A stretch of 64,000 nt of DNA from an uncultured Chroococcidiopsis sp. GTDB taxonomy: Bacteria > Cyanobacteriota > Cyanobacteriia > Cyanobacteriales > Chroococcidiopsidaceae. Position numbers and translations under genes: made by a program. This document shows positions 10,478-21,456 of this stretch, one piece after another. The notes below the pieces were generated by a model. The model was not told where the DNA came from. It saw only the letters and a list, made by a program, of their open reading frames with translations, and did no database searches. Where the stretch lies: assembly GCA_964248365.1 (NCBI GenBank), contig CAXTYC010000003.1, forward strand, positions 192,001-256,000, in the 5' to 3' direction. Numbering within the stretch: position 1 is the stretch's first letter; each line of letters begins with the position of its first letter.

Positions 10478-11302
10478 TCACTCCTCGTCACGCCCAAAAC
10501 TTTTACCAGGAAGGGAACCGCGTCGCCCTTCCATTTGGGACAATCGTAGGAACTGGAGTAGGTGCTGTACGTGTTCATTATCTGCCAATAGATCCAGTTG
10601 TTCCAGGGCTTGCGTCAGAGTTAATTCTGAGCGGTAGAGCAGCCGGAAAGCTTTTTTGAGAGAGCGATATACCTGTCCCTCCAAGGCTTGCGTGATTCCG
10701 GCGCGTCTTAATCCTACCAGGTTGAGACTTCGCACCCGCGCTGGATTTCCTTCTACCAGCATATACGGTGGCACGTCCCGATTGATCCGGCTCATTCCGC
10801 CCACCATTGCCAACCGCCCAATATGAACAAATTGATGGACACCCAAAACCCCGCTAATTGTTGCCCGTGATTCAATGTGAATATGACCTGCTAAAGCCAC
10901 TCCATTAGAGATCACTACAGAATCTTCAAGCACACAGTTATGACCTACATGAACATAAGCCATTAACAAGTTATTGTTGCCAATCAGTGTTGCTTCTTTC
11001 GCCTTCGTTGCTCGGTTAATCGTGACATATTCCCGAATCAGATTTCCATCACCAATTTTCACCATTGAACGACCGCCATCATACTTAAGATCTTGCGGTT
11101 CTAATCCAATGGCGGCGTGGGGAAAAATCCGATTTTGCGCTCCAATTTGGGTTGGTCCCTCTAATACGACATGAGCGCCCACGAGTGTCTCAGCACCGAT
11201 TTTCACTTCCTCTCCAATTACCGCATAGGGACCAATCTGCACCGTCGGATGCAGATCCGCCCCAGGATGGACGACAGCAGTTGGATGAATTAGCGTCTTC
11301 AA
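10478..11302 (-). CDS. lpxA: UDP-N-acetylglucosamine O-acyltransferase
   Basis: Hexapeptide repeats plus IHPTAVV, PQDLKY and IREYVTINR. The likely start is TTG at 11302, with GGAGA upstream. Confidence 0.96.
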   Translation of the reverse strand: MKTLIHPTAVVHPGADLHPTVQIGPYAVIGEEVKIGAETLVGAHVVLEGPTQIGAQNRIFPHAAIGLEPQDLKYDGGRSMVKIGDGNLIREYVTINRATKAKEATLIGNNNLLMAYVHVGHNCVLEDSVVISNGVALAGHIHIESRATISGVLGVHQFVHIGRLAMVGGMSRINRDVPPYMLVEGNPARVRSLNLVGLRRAGITQALEGQVYRSLKKAFRLLYRSELTLTQALEQLDLLADNEHVQHLLQFLRLSQMEGRRGSLPGKSFGRDEE

Positions 11303-11324
11303 GTATGCATCTCCGAAAGAAAGC

Positions 11325-11504
11325 AATTAGCAATTAGCTTTTAGCGATTAGCTTTTAGCTTTTAGCTTTTAGGTTTTAGCGATTAGCGAGTAGTAATACA
11401 ATTGACACGCTCTCGTATTAAAAATACCAAAAAGTTAGAAACTATGGATTAGCGCTTGGCTAATAGCTAACAGCTAATAGTTAACAGCTAATAGCTAACA
11501 GCTA
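11325..11504. repeat. STRR-type heptamer tandem repeats (TTAGCTT / AGCTAAY) arranged as an inverted pair
   Basis: ttagctt tracts at about 11327-11390 and gctaata/gctaaca tracts at about 11459-11504. Confidence 0.8.
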
Positions 11505-12032
11505 TCATTCCACTAAAGAAAATAGCAGTTCGCCTTGTGCTGCTAGTTGACCATCAACAGAGGCAAGAGCCTGCATTTTACCGAAACGACGGCGTTTGAC
11601 GCACAGTAGTTCCACCGTCATTATTAGTTGGTCGCCTGGAACCACTTGACGGCGAAATCGGACTTTATCCATTCCAGCAAACACGAACAGAGTGCCATCC
11701 ATTTCTTGCATCTGGGTTAGCACGACACCGCCAACTTGTGCCATTGCTTCCACAATTAGAACTCCAGGCATAATCGGTCTATTGGGAAAATGCCCCTGAA
11801 AATGAGGTTCATTAAAGGTAACATTTTTAATGCCAACAGCGCGCTTGGCGGGTACATACTCAATAATTTTGTCTACCAGCGCGAAGGGGTAGCGGTGGGG
11901 CAATAGTTTATGAATCTCTTCAACCGTCAGTGTAGTTTTAACTGGTGTAGAATCAACGGGGGCTTGATGATTGAGTTGCTGCTCGGCATCAGCAGAAGAA
12001 TCAGGTGAATTAACTTCGATCACGGTTGACAT
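11505..12032 (-). CDS. fabZ: 3-hydroxyacyl-ACP dehydratase
   Basis: Motifs [11 protein letters not shown] and [22 protein letters not shown]. The start is placed at MSTVIEV. Confidence 0.96.
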   Translation of the reverse strand: MSTVIEVNSPDSSADAEQQLNHQAPVDSTPVKTTLTVEEIHKLLPHRYPFALVDKIIEYVPAKRAVGIKNVTFNEPHFQGHFPNRPIMPGVLIVEAMAQVGGVVLTQMQEMDGTLFVFAGMDKVRFRRQVVPGDQLIMTVELLCVKRRRFGKMQALASVDGQLAAQGELLFSLVE

Positions 12033-12095
12033 GGGTTTTTTTATTTTGGTTTTTGGATGCCCGGATGCCCAGATTTTAAATTTTAAAGCCAATCT

Positions 12096-13100
12096 TTAAA
12101 TCTCTAATCTAGAATCTAAAATTTTTTGGGCAAGTTGAATGTGCAGGTTATGGCTTGCTTTGTAAGCAAAGAAATGAGCGGTGGGAAAAGTTCCAAGTAA
12201 GCTCAAATCTCCCACTAAATCTAAAATTTTATGACGTGCTGGTTCATTTGCAAATCTTAAAGGTGGATTTAGCCAGCCTTGAGAACCGCAAACCAATGCA
12301 TTATCTAAGGTTCCGCCTTTAATTAAACCTTTGTGCCGCAAAGATTCAATTTGATGGGCTAAACCAAAGGTACGAGCTGGGGCAATTTCGTGGGGGAAGC
12401 TAGAGGAGGGTGTTACATCTGCTTTTGTTGGTTGAATAAATGGCGACCAACTATGCCACTGGTTGCCAATTGCTGGCAAGTCGAAGTCAATGCCATAGGT
12501 AAAACGAAGCAGGGGGGCGGGTATAGCAGCAACAAAGGCATCACCTTGATATACGTACACTGGTTGCTCAAGTTGTGGTACTAATCGCGGTATTGACTGG
12601 GGTACTAATCCAACAGTTGCGATCGCTTCCACCCATAGGGCGGCTGAACCATCCAAAAGCGGCACTTCTTGCCCGTCGATTTCAATTCGAGCATTATCTA
12701 CACCACTACCCGCTAAGGCTGCCAACAGATGCTCTACTGTGCCAACAGACGACGAGCCAAAACCCAGCTGCGTTGAAAGCACGGTTTGACTGACAGCCTC
12801 AACTTTAGCTGGAATAATTGGCTGTCCTGGCAAATCCACTCGGACAAAATAGCGCCCCTTGTTGGCGGGGGCTGGTAGCAACCGAACGTGAGTATTTACG
12901 CCACTGTGCAATCCCACGCCAGACAGGTTAATCTCAGCCGCTAAAGTATGTTGAAAAGAGGGGCTAGGGGCGATTTGCTGGAGGCTAGGGGAAGAAGGGT
13001 TAGAGGGTAGGGAATGGAGGTTGGGGGTAGAACCGTCACCTTGCTGCTGTTTCGTGTCTGCTGCTATCTCATCCGCGCTCTTAATTTTTTTGCTACTCAC
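12096..13100 (-). CDS. lpxC: UDP-3-O-acyl-GlcNAc deacetylase
   Basis: Motifs [24 protein letters not shown] and [10 protein letters not shown]. It has a Pro/Ser-rich N-terminal extension and the start is uncertain. Confidence 0.95.
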   Translation of the reverse strand: MSSKKIKSADEIAADTKQQQGDGSTPNLHSLPSNPSSPSLQQIAPSPSFQHTLAAEINLSGVGLHSGVNTHVRLLPAPANKGRYFVRVDLPGQPIIPAKVEAVSQTVLSTQLGFGSSSVGTVEHLLAALAGSGVDNARIEIDGQEVPLLDGSAALWVEAIATVGLVPQSIPRLVPQLEQPVYVYQGDAFVAAIPAPLLRFTYGIDFDLPAIGNQWHSWSPFIQPTKADVTPSSSFPHEIAPARTFGLAHQIESLRHKGLIKGGTLDNALVCGSQGWLNPPLRFANEPARHKILDLVGDLSLLGTFPTAHFFAYKASHNLHIQLAQKILDSRLEI

Positions 13101-13165
13101 TTGTTTTCCTCTTTTATTGTCTCATCTTCACTATTCTCTAGCCCCAGCGCCCCTGTCCCTAGTCG

Positions 13166-15796
13166 CTAGAATTTCTCTCCAATTCCAAACTGTAGGCGAC
13201 TATCGCCGTTATCGTTGAATCCGTAATCAAGCCTTAGTGGTCCTAAGGGAGAATTTACCCGCACACCCACGCCATAGCCAACGCCAGTACCAGGTTTGCC
13301 CAGCAAGCCTGCGGGGTTTCCAGGTACACTCTTACCAGTTCCCAAGTCAGTACCAAAATCAACAAATAAAGCGCCGCCGACGATAGCAAATATTGGAAAA
13401 CGATATTCAGCTGTTGCCTGGAGGAAACTGCGCCCACTGGCTAAGTCTCCCTCACCATAGCCTCGGACAGAATTACTACCGCCTAAAGCAAAAGCTTCGT
13501 AGGGAGGCAGATCGCCCAGTACTGTTCCCGCTTGTAGGTTGAAAGCTATAGTTTGTGGTCCTTTTTTGAAGTGGGTAATATTGACTGGAATGAATTGACT
13601 GTAGTTAGCTCGTAGACGATTCAGGAGAATATTACCAGAACCGATGGGAATGGATTGTTCAACGCCAAATCTGAGGAAAGAGCCACTGGTAGGATTTAAT
13701 TCATTGTTACGGCGATCGCGTGCCAACCCAGCTTGTAATGTCAGCAAATCGTCTGCATTGCCTCCAGAGAAGGTAAGAGGAATTTCTCTGCCATTGATTC
13801 GTCCGATCGGTGCGCTATTACCATCAGCATCCCGAATAGTAACGTGTTGATACTGCAAACCTGTTGAAGCTGTCCATTCTGCCGTTCTGAGCGGATCGCG
13901 CGAAAGGGGACGAGTAAAGTTTATACCGCCACCTAAGCGCACAACGCGGGGGCGATCGCCATTTGTGCCCACTTCAATATTTTTGTTATTGCTATCAAAA
14001 ATTAACGAAATTGAGCGGCGGCTGAACCCATTTATCGTGTATGAAGTCCGGTAGGGATCTCCTGCAATCCACGGATCAGTAAAGCGCACATCAAACAGTA
14101 CGTCCCGCCGCTCTGTCCCCACCTGTAACTCTGCTGACAGCTTTTGGTTGTTTCCACCCAAATTTTGCTCTTGATAGCCAATAGCACCAAATAAACCACT
14201 GGCAGAACTAATTCCCCCGCTCAGATTAACAGAACCGCTCCGGCGTTCATCAACATTTACCACTACAACTACTTTCCGAGGGTCTTGACCTGGGTTGAGC
14301 GAAACATTCACGTCTTGAAACGTGCCTAGTCCGTATACCCGCCGAAGGTCTTGTTGCACAACATTCCGGTTGAAAACTCCTCCAGGCTTCAACTCTAGTT
14401 CTCGTGTGACGATAAAATCGCGCGTCCGTCCCTTGATTGGTTTTCCTTGGTCGTCGGTTGGCTGACCTTCTCGGACGAAACGGACTCGAATGTCCTCTAC
14501 TACTCCTTCTGCTACTTGTAAAGTGACTGTTCCGTCTGGTGCGACCTGCGGGGCATCAATTACTTGCGCTAAAACATAACCGTTTTTTTGATACCAAGCG
14601 TTTAACTGCTTGATGCCTTCTTGCAAGCGCCGCAGGTTAAGAATAGTGCCGTACTGTGGTCGGAAAATATCTTCTACAACTTTGGGTGGCAATACAGATT
14701 GAGTTTTTGTGCCGACATTCGCTTGCACTTGTACTTGCCGTAGGACGGGATTAGGTTGTACTACAAAGGAAACTCTCACACCCAAAGGCGTATCTTCTGG
14801 TACAGCGCGGACATTCGAGAAAAACCCTGTAGCAAAAACTGCGTTGATATCTTGTTGCAGTTGACTTCGCGTTGTTGTCCGTCCAGGTTGAGTACGAATT
14901 GCTTGGTAAACTTCGTTTTGCAATTCTGCTGAGAGTTGCCCTGTTTCGCTGCTTACTACAACTTCTGCTACCAGTACCCTAGGCTGGGCGGCTTCCTCTG
15001 TTGTACCTGGTTGAGTGTTTTCTGGTGCAGGTGGAGGTGGCGATGTAGGTTGAGTGCTGGGTGCGGGTGGAGGTGGCGATGTAGGTTGAGTGTTTTCTGG
15101 TGCGGCTTCTGGTGGTGAAGTTGGTTGGGACGGTTGGTTAGGGAAGGAACCAGGAGCTGGCTGTCCTGGTGGGCTGATGGGAACTTGAATGCGGTTTGGT
15201 GTTTGTTGTTGTGGTAGTGATTCGGTTCCAGGTGCGGGAAGTATTGGTACTGTAGGCGGAGTTTGAGGAACAGAAGGGGGAGTTTGAGGGGAGAGTGTAG
15301 GGGCTGAGGAGTTAGGTTGAGTCTGTGTGGTTGGTGTATTGGTACTACCTGGTTTGGGTGTACCAGAAGGAGTCGGAATTTGAAGTTGGGAGGGTGTTTC
15401 TTGCGCTGGTGTCGATTGTGTTAACAGCACAGCCGATGCTTTTGTTGCCCTTTGAGCAATCTGAAAGGGCGCTAGCTTCGCCACTGTTTTAGCCCTAGCT
15501 ATTTTGTCAGGTTTCTGTTGTGCCTTGAGCGCCGTAATCAATGCTTGGTGTTTTGATTTGGGCAAAGAACTAGATGCAGGGGAGGGGGAGATAGAGGAAT
15601 TGAGAGATGGGGGGAGAACTGATGTAGATTCCCCAAGTCCTGTTGTCTTCTTGTCTGGTTGTCCAAGCGTGGATTTTTCAGCTTCACCAGTGGATAGATT
15701 AATGGGGGCGGCATTGGTTGCCAATGTTTGCGTTAGCATTGCTTGTCGAAAGCTAGCTAAAGCTAGCAGTGCCGCCACGATGGGAGATAAGCGCAT
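13166..15796 (-). CDS. bamA: Omp85/BamA outer-membrane assembly factor
   Basis: Pro-rich N-terminus, POTRA domains, the SVRGY motif and a C-terminal FGIGEKF. Confidence 0.93.
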   Translation of the reverse strand: MRLSPIVAALLALASFRQAMLTQTLATNAAPINLSTGEAEKSTLGQPDKKTTGLGESTSVLPPSLNSSISPSPASSSLPKSKHQALITALKAQQKPDKIARAKTVAKLAPFQIAQRATKASAVLLTQSTPAQETPSQLQIPTPSGTPKPGSTNTPTTQTQPNSSAPTLSPQTPPSVPQTPPTVPILPAPGTESLPQQQTPNRIQVPISPPGQPAPGSFPNQPSQPTSPPEAAPENTQPTSPPPPAPSTQPTSPPPPAPENTQPGTTEEAAQPRVLVAEVVVSSETGQLSAELQNEVYQAIRTQPGRTTTRSQLQQDINAVFATGFFSNVRAVPEDTPLGVRVSFVVQPNPVLRQVQVQANVGTKTQSVLPPKVVEDIFRPQYGTILNLRRLQEGIKQLNAWYQKNGYVLAQVIDAPQVAPDGTVTLQVAEGVVEDIRVRFVREGQPTDDQGKPIKGRTRDFIVTRELELKPGGVFNRNVVQQDLRRVYGLGTFQDVNVSLNPGQDPRKVVVVVNVDERRSGSVNLSGGISSASGLFGAIGYQEQNLGGNNQKLSAELQVGTERRDVLFDVRFTDPWIAGDPYRTSYTINGFSRRSISLIFDSNNKNIEVGTNGDRPRVVRLGGGINFTRPLSRDPLRTAEWTASTGLQYQHVTIRDADGNSAPIGRINGREIPLTFSGGNADDLLTLQAGLARDRRNNELNPTSGSFLRFGVEQSIPIGSGNILLNRLRANYSQFIPVNITHFKKGPQTIAFNLQAGTVLGDLPPYEAFALGGSNSVRGYGEGDLASGRSFLQATAEYRFPIFAIVGGALFVDFGTDLGTGKSVPGNPAGLLGKPGTGVGYGVGVRVNSPLGPLRLDYGFNDNGDSRLQFGIGEKF

Positions 15797-15952
15797 TTTG
15801 TTCAACTCTTTTAGCACGTCCACACACCAGTAAGAATTCGGAATTTACTAATTCACAAATTCGGAATTATTTTTTGTCCGAGCGGGTTTATCTGAGATTT
15901 TCAGGGGCAAACGAACAATTCAATTAAACCCGCCCCTACTAACTACTCATCA

Positions 15953-16705
15953 CTAACCATAATTTGATACTTGATTTTGAACTCTTTGTAAAACTTCTTG
16001 ATAGGCTGTTTCCACATTTCCCAAGTCGCGGCGGAAGCGATCTTTGTCCATGACTCGGCTATTGGGGTCGGGATCTGATGAATTCCACAACCTACAGGTA
16101 TCTGGGCTAATTTCATCTGCTAAAAGCAATTGCCCTTGAGCATCCAAGCCAAACTCTAGTTTGAAGTCTACTAGGGTAAGACCACAACGTTGAAAAAAGT
16201 TCCAGAGATAGGAATTGATTTGTAATGCTAACTGCTGCAATTGCGTTATTTGTTCTTTTGTCGCTAATTCGAGTAAAAGGATGCGATCGCGTGTCAATAG
16301 AGGATCTCCTAGTGCATCATTTTTGTAATAAAAATCCACCAAGGGCTGTTTCAGAACAGTACCTACTGGTAATCCAGTTTGTTGACACAGAGTACCTGCT
16401 GCAATGTTCCTGACAACTACCTCCAAGGGCAAAATTTGCAATCGTCTTACCCGCATCTGATTCGGACTCACACTGTCGATGAAGTGGGTGGCTATCCCCT
16501 GATGAGCCAAGTACCCAAACAGTATTTGGGAAATAGTACAGTTGATTTCGCCCTTACCAGCGATGCTGCCCCGCTTCTGGGCATTAAAGGCGGTGGCATC
16601 ATCTTTGAAATAAGCCAGTAAAATTTCTGGCTCGTCGGTAGTGTAAATAATTTTTGCTTTGCCTTCGTAGAGCAGTGTTTGGGCGCACATCGCAGGAATA
16701 CTCAC
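15953..16705 (-). CDS. purC: SAICAR synthetase
   Basis: Motifs LYEGKAK, FKDDATAFN, LVDFKLEFG, ADEISPDTCRLW and DKDRFR. Confidence 0.97.
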   Translation of the reverse strand: MSIPAMCAQTLLYEGKAKIIYTTDEPEILLAYFKDDATAFNAQKRGSIAGKGEINCTISQILFGYLAHQGIATHFIDSVSPNQMRVRRLQILPLEVVVRNIAAGTLCQQTGLPVGTVLKQPLVDFYYKNDALGDPLLTRDRILLLELATKEQITQLQQLALQINSYLWNFFQRCGLTLVDFKLEFGLDAQGQLLLADEISPDTCRLWNSSDPDPNSRVMDKDRFRRDLGNVETAYQEVLQRVQNQVSNYG

Positions 16706-16861
16706 AGATCCGGTTTTCTGCCTGGGTTACAAGCTTAATCATTTTATCGACTATTTGACCTCTCCCCTAACGCTTTATGTGTAGAGTGTAGTCGTGTGAC
16801 TAAATTCTTGACTATAACTTAAATCGTGCTATAGGAGTTCTGGTTCTCTTTGTAAACAGCC

Positions 16862-18694
16862 ATGCTACCCAACCGCCAAGAGTGGATGTTGAATCACAAA
16901 CAATCCGATAAATTCCCCAATAGCCTTAAAAGGGCTAACTTGTTTTGGCTACTTTTGCCCTTGACTATCACCTTACCCTTTGGGCAATTATCTACTCTAG
17001 CTCAATCACTGGAAAATCCTAATTCGTCTACACCGCAACCCCTTCCTGCTCGAAATCAATCTTGTGTTCAGCCCACGTCCTATCCGGCTGAATTTACCCA
17101 TCTTGCCAATCAATTGGTACAGGTGGCTAGTTGGACGGGTGAACCTACCAAATTTTTAGAGACGCTTAGCCAAAAACTGGGACCTCAACTAGCTGCTTAT
17201 TTCAGTCCTAGTCCTTTTCCAGATATCAATGAAAGGGCAAAATTGGCAAGAGTACCCGTGATTATGTATCACGATATTCTGCCAAAAAAACAGGTATTTT
17301 TTGATGTCACTCCCCAAGAGTTTGAACAACACTTACAACTAATTCAAAAACAGGGTTTAACTCCAATCAGTTTTGATCAGTTAATAATCCATCTACGGAC
17401 GGGATTACCGCTACCAGAAAAGCCGATTCTGTTGACTTTTGATGACGGCTATGGTGGTCATTATGAATATGTTTACCCACTATTGAAAAAATATGGTTAT
17501 CCCGCTGTTTTTTCAATTTATACGTCAAAGGTGGGAGTAAATTCTGGTAGAACTCATGTGAGTTGGGAACAATTGCGAGAAATGGCAGCCGATCCATTGA
17601 TAACGATCGCCTCCCATACTCTTACCCATCCAGCGGATTTAAGAGTATTGTCCGACGACAAGCTCAAAATGGAGGTATTCGAGTCAAAACGCACTTTAGA
17701 AAGCAATTTGGGAATTCCTATCCGCTACTTTACCTATCCTGCTGGAAAGTACGACGAAAGAGTAGTTCAGTTAATCAAACAGGCAGGGTATCAAGCAGCA
17801 TTGACGATGGATGATAACAATGAGGGCTTTGCCGGACAGTCAAAAAATTTGCTGGCGATCGACAGGTTTGGGCAATCAAATATAGCGCGATCGCTCACCC
17901 GTCCCGATCAAGGTATTATAGCCCAAGCTTGGGGAGGTGCTAAACTACCAACTTGGGGCGGAGGAATCGATTTTTCCTCTCAAGTGGGAGTGAATAAAAC
18001 CACAATAGATAACACCTATCTAGTGTTAGTTTCTGGCGGTAGACCAATCACAATTCATGCCAATAGCCGTTACCAAGTTGGGGAAATTTTAGCAGGTACG
18101 GGGGCAGTAGCTGGTGTAGATGGGGGCTTTTTCTCGCTAAAATTCCTAGATTCTAATATAATGATTGGTCCAGTTTTGAGTCAGATTAATAATACCTTCG
18201 TTCCAGGCAACCGCAGCGAAAACCCCAAACTCAACAATCGTCCCCTAGTACTCATTAGCCCCCAAACAGTGAAGTTTATTCCCTTTGATGCCGAAAAACA
18301 CAACACTTTGGAGGGAATACAAGCCGAGATGCCCAATGTTACAGATGCATTTGTAGCCTCAGCTTGGCTAGTAAAAGACGGACAGCCCCAACCAGCCGAG
18401 AGTTTTGGCAACTTACACGGTTTTGATGCCAAGCGCCGCCGTGCTTTCTGGGGAATAAACCAGGCAGGACAGCCTACAATAGGCGTGGCTCCCTACAATG
18501 TTGATTCTGTAACACTAGGCGCGGTACTGGCTAAAGCTGGGTTACGAGATGCCATCATGCTTGACTCTGGTGACAGTGCCTCGCTTGTCTACAAAGGAGA
18601 ATCTCAAGTTCCTTACACTCCTCGCCCTGTACCTCATGTCGTTGCCCTATTACCACCTGGCACTAATGCTAACTGTTTGATGGTGCAGCGGTAG
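16862..18694 (+). CDS. Polysaccharide deacetylase (NodB-type) fused to a C-terminal phosphodiester-glycosidase-like domain
   Basis: Motifs PVIMYH, LTFDDGY, SHTLTH and FTYPAG. The C-terminal part has VDGGFF, RRRAFWG and AIMLDSGDS. Confidence 0.85.
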   Translation: MLPNRQEWMLNHKQSDKFPNSLKRANLFWLLLPLTITLPFGQLSTLAQSLENPNSSTPQPLPARNQSCVQPTSYPAEFTHLANQLVQVASWTGEPTKFLETLSQKLGPQLAAYFSPSPFPDINERAKLARVPVIMYHDILPKKQVFFDVTPQEFEQHLQLIQKQGLTPISFDQLIIHLRTGLPLPEKPILLTFDDGYGGHYEYVYPLLKKYGYPAVFSIYTSKVGVNSGRTHVSWEQLREMAADPLITIASHTLTHPADLRVLSDDKLKMEVFESKRTLESNLGIPIRYFTYPAGKYDERVVQLIKQAGYQAALTMDDNNEGFAGQSKNLLAIDRFGQSNIARSLTRPDQGIIAQAWGGAKLPTWGGGIDFSSQVGVNKTTIDNTYLVLVSGGRPITIHANSRYQVGEILAGTGAVAGVDGGFFSLKFLDSNIMIGPVLSQINNTFVPGNRSENPKLNNRPLVLISPQTVKFIPFDAEKHNTLEGIQAEMPNVTDAFVASAWLVKDGQPQPAESFGNLHGFDAKRRRAFWGINQAGQPTIGVAPYNVDSVTLGAVLAKAGLRDAIMLDSGDSASLVYKGESQVPYTPRPVPHVVALLPPGTNANCLMVQR

Positions 18695-18809
18695 AAGAGA
18701 GCAGGGGAGCACTAGAGCAGGGGAGCAGAGGGGCAGAGGGGAAATTACCCTTTACCCTTATCCCTTACCTTTACCCTTTACCCTTTACCCTTAAAATTTC
18801 CAAGAGTTA

Positions 18810-20615
18810 ATGAGAAGTCGAAAGTGGAAAAAATGCCTTTTGGTGTTGACAATTGGCTCGGCACTAATTCCTTTAACTGTTGGGTTAGACATAGCTGTAT
18901 CGGGTAGTGTTTACCATCCGTTGACTTATGTTTATAACGGTTTAGGTTGGCTGTTGTGTAAATTAACGCCTAGTTGCAACAGAACTGCCCCTACAGGTTC
19001 ACTTGCTCCTGTATCAGGTAAGTACGGTGTTGTTGTTACCTCGCAACACAAAGCATCTGAGGTAGGATTGCAAATTCTCAAACAAGGGGGTAACGCGGTT
19101 GATGCGGCTGTGGCTGTAGGATATGCCCTAGCTGTCACTGATCCCTGTTGCGGCAATATCGGTGGGGGTGGGTTTATGCTCATCCACCTGGCGGGGGGTA
19201 AAAACATTTTTATCAATTTTCGGGAGAAAGCACCTTTAGCTGCTAGCAAAAATATGTATCTCGATCACCAGGGTAAGGTAATTTCTGGGTTGAGTACTAA
19301 GGGATATCTTGCCGTTGCAGTTCCTGGTACAGTCATGGGACTAGAACGAGCGTCTCAATATGGCACAATGACTCGTAAACAGGTGATGGCTCCGGCAATT
19401 GAGTTAGCCTCTAAGGGTTTTGTGTTGCAGCAAGGGGATGTAAACATTCTCAACTGGGGTAACGAGAAGTTTAAACAGCCCAACGTCGCTACCATATTCT
19501 TAAAAAACGGTAAAAATTCTTATCGAGTGGGCGATCGCTTGGTACAACTCGACTTAGCCCAGACTTTACGCACAATTGCCGATCAAGGTGCAAATGCTTT
19601 CTATAAAGGAGCGATCGCAACTGAGCTTGTCAAAGCCAGCAATCAACACGGTGGTATTCTCACACCCAAAGACTTTGCCAATTACACAATTACTCAAACT
19701 CAGCCAGTCCGATGCATCTATCGGGGGTATGAAATAATTTCTGCTCCTCCCCCTGGAGGTGGTACTACTCTATGCCAAATGCTAAATATTCTGTCAGGCT
19801 ATCAGATGAAAAAATTAGGCTGGCACACGAGTGCAAGCTTGCATTTGATGCTGTCAGCTATGCTGTATGGTTATGGCGATCGCAACACGCATTTAGGCGA
19901 TCCAGATTTTGTTAAAAACCCGATTGAAAGACTTCTTTCTCAAAAATACGCTGCTCAAATTCGAGCCAGTATTCCCTCAAATCATGCAATTCCTCCCCAA
20001 CAGATTTATTCTGGTATTGCTAATAGTGAAGGTACTAATACCACTCATTACTCAATTCAAGACCGCTATGGTAATGCTGTAGCTGTAACATATACCATTA
20101 ATTCATATTTTGGCGCGGGAGTTATTGCCGGAAAAACTGGGTTCTTCCTCAACAACGAAATGGATGACTTTGCTAGTAAACCAGGAGGGCAAAATCAATT
20201 TGGTTTAGTGCAGGGCTACCCTAATAGCATTGAACCAGGCAAACGACCGCTTAGTTCGATGTCTCCAACTATTGTGACTAAAAACGGCAGAGTCTTCATG
20301 GTGACGGGTAGCCCTGGAGGATCAACAATTCCTACAACTGTTCTACAAGTCATTACCAATGTGATTGACTATGACATGAATATCAGTGAAGCTGTCAATG
20401 CTCCCCGAATCCATTATCAGGGACTACCCAATTTAGTTATTACAGAACCACTAGCCCTGAAGTCGGATGTCGTACAAGATTTGTGGGAAATGGGATATAG
20501 GGTTGCTCCTTTCCCAACCTGGGGTGCAGCCGAGTCAATCTTAGTAAATCCAAAAACTGAATTAATTTATGGTGCTAATGATAGTCGTAAAATGGCTGGA
20601 TCTGCTGCTTATTAG
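18810..20615 (+). CDS. ggt: Gamma-glutamyltransferase
   Basis: Motifs GGNAVDAAVA, INFREKAP, the nucleophile motif TTHYS, LNNEMDDF and PGKRPLSSMSP. Confidence 0.96.
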   Translation: MRSRKWKKCLLVLTIGSALIPLTVGLDIAVSGSVYHPLTYVYNGLGWLLCKLTPSCNRTAPTGSLAPVSGKYGVVVTSQHKASEVGLQILKQGGNAVDAAVAVGYALAVTDPCCGNIGGGGFMLIHLAGGKNIFINFREKAPLAASKNMYLDHQGKVISGLSTKGYLAVAVPGTVMGLERASQYGTMTRKQVMAPAIELASKGFVLQQGDVNILNWGNEKFKQPNVATIFLKNGKNSYRVGDRLVQLDLAQTLRTIADQGANAFYKGAIATELVKASNQHGGILTPKDFANYTITQTQPVRCIYRGYEIISAPPPGGGTTLCQMLNILSGYQMKKLGWHTSASLHLMLSAMLYGYGDRNTHLGDPDFVKNPIERLLSQKYAAQIRASIPSNHAIPPQQIYSGIANSEGTNTTHYSIQDRYGNAVAVTYTINSYFGAGVIAGKTGFFLNNEMDDFASKPGGQNQFGLVQGYPNSIEPGKRPLSSMSPTIVTKNGRVFMVTGSPGGSTIPTTVLQVITNVIDYDMNISEAVNAPRIHYQGLPNLVITEPLALKSDVVQDLWEMGYRVAPFPTWGAAESILVNPKTELIYGANDSRKMAGSAAY

Positions 20616-20625
20616 CCGAATTTTC

Positions 20626-20655
20626 CGTAGAGACGCGATACATTGCGTCTCTACG
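20626..20655. repeat. GTAG-type REP-like palindrome, probably acting as a bidirectional terminator
   Basis: CGTAGAGACGCGAT-AC-ATTGCGTCTCTACG lies between the convergent ggt and vWA genes. Confidence 0.7.
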
Positions 20656-20679
20656 TTCTTGTCACGTATAACCAATGCG

Positions 20680-21354
20680 TTACACAGTTCCCCAACCAGG
20701 CGGCGGTAGTGCTACTTGATCTTCTGGCTTTGATTGCGAAACTCGCTGCATACTAGCTGACAACCAGATAAATAGCTCCTTAAAGTTCAATCCTCTTAAC
20801 TTAAGTGGGCTACGCACGACGATTTGACTTAGGCGCGTCATGTTAGCGGCTTCTACACCTACTGCAAAAAAGGCAACACGCTTAGCGGCTTCGTCATCTC
20901 TAATCCGCTGCGCTGCCTGCTCTACTATACTGTCAGGCTCTCCCTGCGGCTCTCCATCTGTAATCAAAAATACCCAAGGGCGATAGTAATTCACGCCATT
21001 ACTGCGATATTGCCCTTTACGAGCTTCAATCATGTCTAGCCCTTGGAGAATTGCCCCACCCATATGAGTCAAACCTTGAGCGGATAGAGTTGGTGGCTCG
21101 AACAAATCGGCTGTCACAAAGTCTTGAACTACCTTTACATCACTACCGAAAGTGACGATCGCTACTTCGACTCGCTTCCTAGCTAGGTTGTCTCCGTTTA
21201 ATTGCTCTTTGAAAGCCCGTAAACCTTCATTTAAGGCATCCATTGCTTCACCTTGCATGGAGCCAGAAGCGTCCAAAAGCAACACGCAAGGGCAGCGTGG
21301 CTCTGGATTTTCAGCAAATTCTACAGCATCTTCAAGTTTCAAAAGATCAGGCAT
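20680..21354 (-). CDS. TerY/YegL-like von Willebrand factor A domain protein
   Basis: It has the MIDAS motif DASGSM, NPEPRCPCVLLLD, YYRPWVFLITDGEP and FIWLSASM, typical of TerY-like vWA proteins. Confidence 0.88.
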   Translation of the reverse strand: MPDLLKLEDAVEFAENPEPRCPCVLLLDASGSMQGEAMDALNEGLRAFKEQLNGDNLARKRVEVAIVTFGSDVKVVQDFVTADLFEPPTLSAQGLTHMGGAILQGLDMIEARKGQYRSNGVNYYRPWVFLITDGEPQGEPDSIVEQAAQRIRDDEAAKRVAFFAVGVEAANMTRLSQIVVRSPLKLRGLNFKELFIWLSASMQRVSQSKPEDQVALPPPGWGTV

Positions 21355-21456
21355 AACTTAGCGAAAACATAAACAACAACAGTAAACAGTAAGATTCTTA
21401 GTTTATAAAACCATGCGCTTCGCGCATTTGCCATTATGCCAACTCACAATTAGTTG

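Noticed and set aside
15815..15832. GGTGTGTGGA upstream of bamA (minus strand) as a Yfr1 target site
   Set aside because: It is only a partial match to GTGTGAGGAGT and cannot be supported without interaction modelling.
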